A stretch of 64,000 bases of DNA, taken from the NCBI RefSeq assembly GCF_009914755.1, contig NC_060928.1; one strand, 5' to 3'. Position numbers and translations under genes: made by a program. Below are positions 57,200-64,000 of this stretch, in pieces (the first letter of the stretch is position 1; every line of letters begins with the position of its first letter). The notes under the pieces are model-generated. The model made no database searches and was not told the origin of the DNA. It saw only the letters and a program-made list of their open reading frames with translations. The stretch is from the human T2T-CHM13v2.0 reference genome, Homo sapiens.

Positions 57200-58490
57200 T
57201 AATGGCAGTTTGAGCCACTGGAACTGGGGCTTGAGCCCTGGGACCCATGAGTCCTGCTGAACCACCTGAGAGACTGGTTCTGAACCCAGTGATCTCTGTC
57301 TCTGGGGGCAGTTCAGTTTCCAGAGGTCTCCACCACAGGCTGGGCAGGTTTGAGGTGGCTTTGTCTTGCTGCCTGGGCATTCCTTTTTAAAATGCCCTGG
57401 TCTGCCACACTGATAGCAACTAGCAAATGCACCTTGGGGATCCTGGACTTTGCAAGCCTGCAAAGCTGCTACCAGAGGCTTTGTTCCTATCCTGAATGCT
57501 CTGCCTTTCCTTTGGGCCTCCTCCTGGTCCATATTATAAAGACCAAAGTAGCCACCTTCAGGAGGTCCCTTAAGGTGCTATCTGGTCCTGTAGCTTGCTT
57601 CTGTAGCTTCCTTCTAATATTGGGAGCTGCCTGTGTAATAAACTTGTCCTTCAGGATGAGCTGCTCCTTGACTGAATCAGGGGATAAGGATGTGTGCTCC
57701 ATTAGTGCCTTTCTTAGCCTTTCCATAAAGGCTACAGGATTCTTATTTGGCTCTTGGCCTATTATACACAGTTTAGAATAATTGAGAGGTTTGGCCTTCC
57801 ATAGGCCCTTTAAAATGGATAATAAAAAGTGCTTCCTTTTCCTTTTATTTTCTGGGCTATTGGGGTTTCAATCAGGGTTGTTTACTAGAACTGCTTCTCT
57901 CCCTATTGGGAATGGTGTTTCTGCTTTTTTCTGTCTTTTTTTTTTTTTTTTTTTTTTTGCTTTTCCTATCTGTTTTTTTCTCTTTTAGTGTATTATAGGA
58001 GATATATTGCATATCTCCAAAATTCTTTGCTGCTTGCAGAGCTGCCTGCTTTTTAGCTGTCATTAGGGTCTGGTTTAGAAGCAACGTAACATCCCTTTAT
58101 GTGAGGTTAAACACCTGAGATCAATTTTGGAAAACTTCTGTATACCTATTATGGTCTTTAGGAAATTGGCCTAAGTTTCCTTTTATTTGCCTAAGGTTCT
58201 GTTATGAGAATGGAACTTGAGGGGGCCCCAAATAAGAGGGAATTCTTAGATGATTCCCCTGGAAGTTGCTTTTTTAATTATGGGGAACCATTCCCTCTGG
58301 GCCTACCCAAAACGATTGCTAAAAGAGCTGGATTGATCTTACAACACCTGCAAAGGTTTAGTAAAAATGCCATGCCCTTCTGCAAGAGCAAATTAGTCAC
58401 TTTCCTCTTCAAATTCCTGAAGTTAAGGAAGTTCCAGTGTTTTAGACTGCACTTCAGAGGGTTGCAAGCTGAAGATAATCTGTTACTCAT
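57200..58490 (-). pseudogene. gag: gag remnant (frameshifted)
   Basis: MSNRLSS..LKHW (MA), MERLRKAL..KDKFITQAAPNIRRKLQK (CA), CYQCGRPGHFKKEC zinc knuckle. Confidence 0.92.
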
Positions 58491-59533
58491 CTAGAAAAAG
58501 AAGTGAGAATAAAAGTGTCCTCTTAGTCTCCTTTCTTTCCGTGTAACCCAGAGCAGAGAAGAAGACAGGGAGAATTCTCTGACTGCTTCCCCTCCCTGGT
58601 TTCTGGATCCCGACACCATGTTAAATGTGCTGTCCATGGTTGAAGGCGTGGTCCTGCAAGCCATGGAACTGGATGAACTAGGTGATGGGGCTAACCACGC
58701 TTACCCACACAACCTTAGCTTATCTGCCTTGTGTGATTCCCCTTTGACTTCCTAAACCTGTGGATTTGCCTGGCTCCCCAAAAAATGGATCTCCAGAGAG
58801 ACTGTGTCGCCTTTGGGCAAGACTCCTTTAACAGAGACAATGTGCTAGATTGCCTGCTGTTATGGCCCATGCTAAAGCATTTATCCTTTAAACAAATGCT
58901 TTTGGATAACTTCCGAACTTAAAATCCCCTTATTAATTAAGTACTGTTTTAACTGGAGACAGATTTAAGTGCATTAAAAGAACATAGGAACCGAATGGCC
59001 ATTTTCCTGCTGATGGGACAATATTGAGACTAAATTCTGGCTATGTAAGACATATGTAAAGCCTTCCCATTCACAGAAGTAGCATAGATCCTACTTTCCA
59101 GTAGAATAGCTCAAAAAGGAAAAGTTGGAAAGCTGCAGTGTACCTCAGAGAGCCAGCACTGCGTCTCATGAAGTGGATTTCTATTTCCACTAGGTGGGGC
59201 AGTTGGATGAGAAATACCACGTGCTCGCCAGAGAATCAGTAGTGAATAACCTTACCTTGGGGGGAATGGGGAGAACTCTGTTCCTAGAAGATTGCAATGG
59301 CATTTTCCTGAGTTTGTTTCCCAGGCACTACACCACTTCCTGATCTTGCCTAACAGGATTATTTCCCTAGGCTGTAAGCATTCCCGCACATTCTATACAC
59401 AGAGAGAGAGTAAGAGGCCGCAGATAGAGAGAGAAAGAAAGTTTGGTGACAGGGTAGCTGGATGAGAGCCTTTAGATTAAAGGGCATATTCAAAGTTGAG
59501 GTTTGCTGCATACCTAGCCTTTCAGTGAATGAT

Positions 59534-59551
59534 TTCCCAGTCAACACACCA
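59534..59551 (-). other. Primer-binding site, tRNA-Gly-like
   Basis: TGGTGTGTTGACTGGGAA, 3 nt after the 5' LTR; 15/18 match to TGGTGCGTTGGCCGGGAA (complement of the tRNA-Gly-TCC 3' end, from recall). Confidence 0.75.
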
Positions 59552-59554
59552 AAA

Positions 59555-60126
59555 TGATACAGCTCCGATGACTGGAGAACACCAGGGTCCTTGGTCTTGC
59601 GCCCATAGGATTAACTACACAGACATATGTGGAGTGGTTTCAAGGAGCAAAAAATTTAATAGGCAAGAAAGAAGAAAGATAGAAGTAAACAGCTCCCCTG
59701 TACAAAGGGAGAGGGCTCAGAACAAAGAGGAACACTGTGTGCAGCAGAAAGGCAGTCCATTATATTGGGAGGCTGGAGGAGATGGCGTCTGGTTTGCATG
59801 GGGGATTGGTTTGACCAGGGGTGTCATTCACATAGCCCACAAAAAACCTGGCCTTCCCACCTTAGCCCTTTAATATGCAAATGTGGGTCACCATGATGTT
59901 TTGAACACATGGTATTATGTGGGGGCAGCCACGACACTTGGCACACTGGGTGACAAGGAGAAAACAGAGAGAATCACCATGTTGGGTAGACCCAGTTTCT
60001 ATTTTCCGGCTTTTGCATATCAAAGCTTGCCGGTCTGGCTCTTTAAGCCACCTTTCTGTTAGTTTCCACCAAGAACTTTTACCCTGTCTAGCTTCCTAAA
60101 ATTATTTCTTAATAACTTCTGTATTA
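59555..60126 (-). repeat. ERV 5' LTR
   Basis: Minus strand carries CCAAT, TATAAT and ATTAAA; followed by the PBS. Confidence 0.93.
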
Positions 60127-61847
60127 TTAGCATCAAAAGCACTACACTTCTTTGAAATATGCTTATCAAAGGAAGCGAAAATTTTGCACAATGAAAACTA
60201 CCAAATATTAATTATATTTTTTAAATTTAAAATTTTAATGTGGTTCTAAAAATATCAAAATAATGAAAAGATATTATATTTTCATGAATCAGAAAACTGT
60301 CATATTATTATGGCAAATGCCCCAAATTGATCTAAGATTCAATGAAATCCTCATTCAATAATAATAATAAAAATCCAGATGGAGTTATCTTCTGGAAGAT
60401 TTTACACCTATTCCTTACCCTGTCCAATAAGTCAACTTCAGATCTACCACTTTTTAATATTAAAATATTGTCATATCTCTATAAATGTCTTGTAACATTT
60501 TTTCAGTGTTCAAACTTGGACTCCAGGAACAGAACAGAAGTTCAATTTCCTATTTCGTTACCTTGATTTTACACAGTAGCCTTCTTTCTATAGCAAAGAA
60601 GGTAAGGTATTCAGAACATCACAGAACCATTCATCTACATAGTAAATGTATTTGTCTCTAATGAAAACAATGTATTATAAAATCACTGAAAAGTTTCTAG
60701 TTTTAAATGTTTCTCAAAAAATAATGATCTATGTTGATAGCTACAGATTCCTTCAAATCAGTTGGTGTCAAAGACAGATTTCTATAGGTATGACAGATTT
60801 ATAAACCACATCTATCATTATTAAAAAATCTTAACAAGTAAGAAATAAATGCTAGGATATTTTATTTCCCTTTAACAAGGAAGAAGTTAATATTACCTTC
60901 TTCCAAATGATAAAATTTGGTCATTTGTATATAATATACTTACATCTAAAGATATCAGTTATGAGTCTATTCCTTTTTTTTCTTTCTTATTCAGTAATAG
61001 GAAAAGACATTTAGTAATAATAACACCTGGATCTTCCATTGATTCAGAAGTTGAAAGGAAAATTAAGTCTGTTTCCTTAATTAGACTAATAGCTTCTAAC
61101 AGAAGTAAGCTATGTAGAGTTGCTAGAAGGAGAGCCTAGAAGCAATTTGCATCAGTGTCAAATGCAAACCATGCCTAGAGGTTTTGTATCCTAAGAACTC
61201 AAGCTAAGGTAGGAAGAGCTAGTATAATTAAACCAGGGCGAAACTATAAAACCCACCCTGTAGCACCAAAGAACATTGAAATGTCACACCTGAGAGTAGT
61301 AGCTTTCCAAAAAATGATTTTAAGTGAATTTTAACAATCACAGTATCAATACTTTCTTTTATTAATACATAGAACAGTAAGCACATTAAAAATAATAGTG
61401 TATATTAAATTATAGATGTAAGAGTATCGGTTAAGCCCAGAGACATCCTTTGATGTACATGTGGATATTAAAAAGTGTTGTAATATCTCCCCTTTGTTTA
61501 AGCCACATTGATTGGGAACCACTGAATACAACAAAATGTTGGATTTTATTACTTTGTTCAACTAAACTCAATGAATGAACAGTCATCATCTCTTAAATTA
61601 ATAATGTGTCAAAAATCAAGGATAAAATTATTCCCATATATGATCAATAAAATAAGTAGTTAAATAAATATATTCAAATAATTAAATGGTGAATTAATAT
61701 ATAAAAATTTCAGATTAATTTATGTTTAAATTATAATTTATTATCACATGTCTTCCCTTTGCTTTGTGAATGGCTTTAATGTCTAAAGCAAAAATTTATT
61801 CTTTCTGCAGTCAGTAGTATGAATGTGCAAAAGAAAAAATAGTGAAT

Positions 61848-61890
61848 GAGGGGAGGAGGAGGGAGAGAGAGATAAGAGAGAGAGAGAGAG
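61848..61890. repeat. GA-rich simple repeat
   Basis: Direct reading. Confidence 0.9.
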
Positions 61891-62399
61891 ATTTCTCACC
61901 TGGAACAGAGATTGATATATGCTCGAGAGACTAAATGTGTCCATTTGGAAGACAGAAAAAATCGTATAAAATGAATATAGTTAAATGTTTCACATCTTTG
62001 TTGGGATGAGAACTAAAAGGGAGATTATGTTGACTAAAAGGAAATGAAATAAATGTCAGACATTTTGCACAACTGACTTTGCGATACAAGATTCAAACCT
62101 CCCACAATCAGAAGAAAGTTTATAAATAATGCTAGAGGTAAGTTACATGGTTAATACTAATGAACAGAGAATAAGTGATTTGGAAGATTTTGGTGTTATG
62201 AATGATGTTAAGGGTCCTTTAAAACCAAAAATACCATCTTAAAATAGCATTTTAATAAAATCATTTAATTCTACTAAGTTATTTATTTAAAACTTAGTAT
62301 TTAAAAAATTTGTTATTTGAATGTCAATGTCATTAAGAAAATATTTTATTTTGGTTAACAATGCCTAAGCTTTCATTCTCAACATAAAAGTTAACAGTG

Positions 62400-62950
62400 A
62401 CCCATGAAACATATCAGATTAGTTAAGGCTTTTGTTCAGAACTCTCCAAAGGCTTTTCCTCTCATCCCAAAAAACTTCAAAGTTCTTACAAGCACCTAAA
62501 AAATTCTACATGACCTGACCCTTAATTCACTTATATCTGACATCATCTTCTACTCCTCTTTGCCTTGCTTGGTGGTCTCTCGCTCCATTGGCCTCCTTAA
62601 AAATGAAGCCGCATTCCCTCTTTAGGGTATTCCTCCTTTTGTTTTCTGTAATTAATTATCTCCCACTCCCCACATAGAAATCCAAATGCCAATTCCTGTC
62701 AACTTTCTCAGGGTTATTCAATATCTGTTTTTCAATATGGTCTTCTTTGTCCACTTGTTAAAAATGGCAACCCCACTTCACTTCTCTCCTTTTGTTCTTC
62801 TCCATAGCACATAAACGTATGATACTCATTTATTTTCTTATGCTGTATTTTCCCCCAGCAGAATGTAAGCTCCTTTTAACCAGGAGTAATTGTCCATGTG
62901 GATCACTGCTATATTCCCAATGCGTGGAACGGTGCCTATGTGTGAATGGG
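62400..62950 (+). mobile_element. L2 3' fragment
   Basis: ctacatgacctgaccc..agaatgtaagctcc..tcactgctatattcccaatgcgtggaacggtgcct. Confidence 0.8.
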
Positions 62951-64000
62951 TAGAGGATCTCCCGTACATACAACCTATACACCTATAGTTTTTTGTTGTT
63001 GTTGTTGACGTTGTTTTATTCAGCATATTCTAACAATAACGAAAACATGTAAAATAGATGGCAATATCTACAGTTCTTAGCTGCCAAATATACAAGTCTA
63101 AATTTGAAAAACTAGGCAAATGTCAGCAAAAGTGTAAGAAAGCATCCAATTCTCTCTCTCTCAACTATTTGGCTTTCTTGAGATATTTGTTAACTCCAAC
63201 ATTAGTTTAAAGTTATTTTTGGCAGCAGAACTTTATTATGTTTTTTCAAATAGAATTATAAGCATCATCATAGTAGATAATTCAGAACAGACAAAGCTGA
63301 TGAAGTGGGTGAGCAGGATAGAGGTCATTAGAGCCCTGTTAGTCTCTGAGGCTTTGCCACGTTATATCAGGACTCCAAATATTACATGTTAAAAACCACT
63401 GGTGTTTTATATATTTATTGTTAAACTGATAATATTTACCTACCTCTTTCATTTTTTTGGTAATTTTTCCATCAGATTCCTTTTATCTGATATGTTTTCT
63501 TCCTTTCTTTCTGGTGGTTTATAATCAGTTTTGCTGATTCTGCTCAAATTCACTGTCTAAAATAGTAATAAGGCCAGGTTCTTAGTTTGTTGTTTTTGTT
63601 TTAGGTCAAGATCTGTCTTTCAAATTTTAGAGTCTGGATAATCCCATGGACTACTTCAGAATAATATTCTTAGATTCATAAAATAAAATGCATGAGGCTG
63701 AAATAAGGGCATTATTAAAATGTATATTTAAAAATTTTCTTTTATATATAAGGTATATGCTTCATTTGTAATACATTAAGTAATACAATCTAGTTTCTGC
63801 TTCATTTTGAAGTAGCGATATCTTTGACAACTTTATTATGATATTAATATCTGATTTTCCAGTTGATAAAGTCACAGGCGCTGCCAATAATGCTGTTTGT
63901 TGCCCATATTCGTAACTGAAGAAAGTCAGTGAAAATACAGTGTATATTTTTCTCATTCATGTGCATGGATCATGGCAATATTTCCCGTATCAATAATTCT

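Larger units (their letters stand above)
54052..60126 (-). mobile_element. Class I ERV provirus (MER61/LTR9-like LTRs, HUERS-P3-like interior), internally deleted
   Basis: Two 572-bp homologous LTRs, PBS, PPT, gag/pro/RNaseH/IN/env remnants, TSD ATAG (54048-54051) / TTAG (60127-60130). Confidence 0.93.
49450..60390 (+). mobile_element. Old L1M4/L1MD-like host (5' region, ORF1, ORF2 pieces) split by MER52, AluJ and the ERV
   Basis: ORF1-like ggactcactggacaaagattttaaattagc; endonuclease-like region 53480-54010; ccactcacaatag|catcaaaa continues across the provirus. Confidence 0.7.

Noticed and set aside
60565-60607. Possible microexon (tag|caaagaag|gtaagg)
   Set aside because: Candidate lengths of 8 or about 25 nt have no supporting evidence, and the motif is expected by chance.

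Overview
AT-rich primate (probably human or ape) intronic or intergenic DNA. I recognise no host protein-coding exon, RNA gene or CpG island. The ORFs are Alu, L1 or LTR read-throughs, decayed retroviral frames, or chance ORFs. Much of the window is nested transposable elements: about 11 Alus, L1s of several ages, L2/MIR/HAL1/MER5A relics, several solo LTRs with 4-bp target-site duplications (TSDs), a full-length MST/THE1-type MaLR (28641-31028) and a two-LTR class I ERV provirus (54052-60126, minus strand). The most interesting object is that provirus. It lacks RT, has a tRNA-Gly-like primer-binding site, carries SOX-OCT and octamer motifs in both LTRs, and shows dense sense-strand G-to-A changes in GA/GG context, consistent with APOBEC3 hypermutation. 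Other points of note: an Alu-L1 chimera, a twin-primed L1, a templated ~105-bp insertion, fold-back micro-rearrangements, a triple-octamer cluster and a candidate recursive splice site. I found no convincing novel biological system. Family names come from recalled consensus sequences, not database searches, and boundaries without TSDs are approximate.
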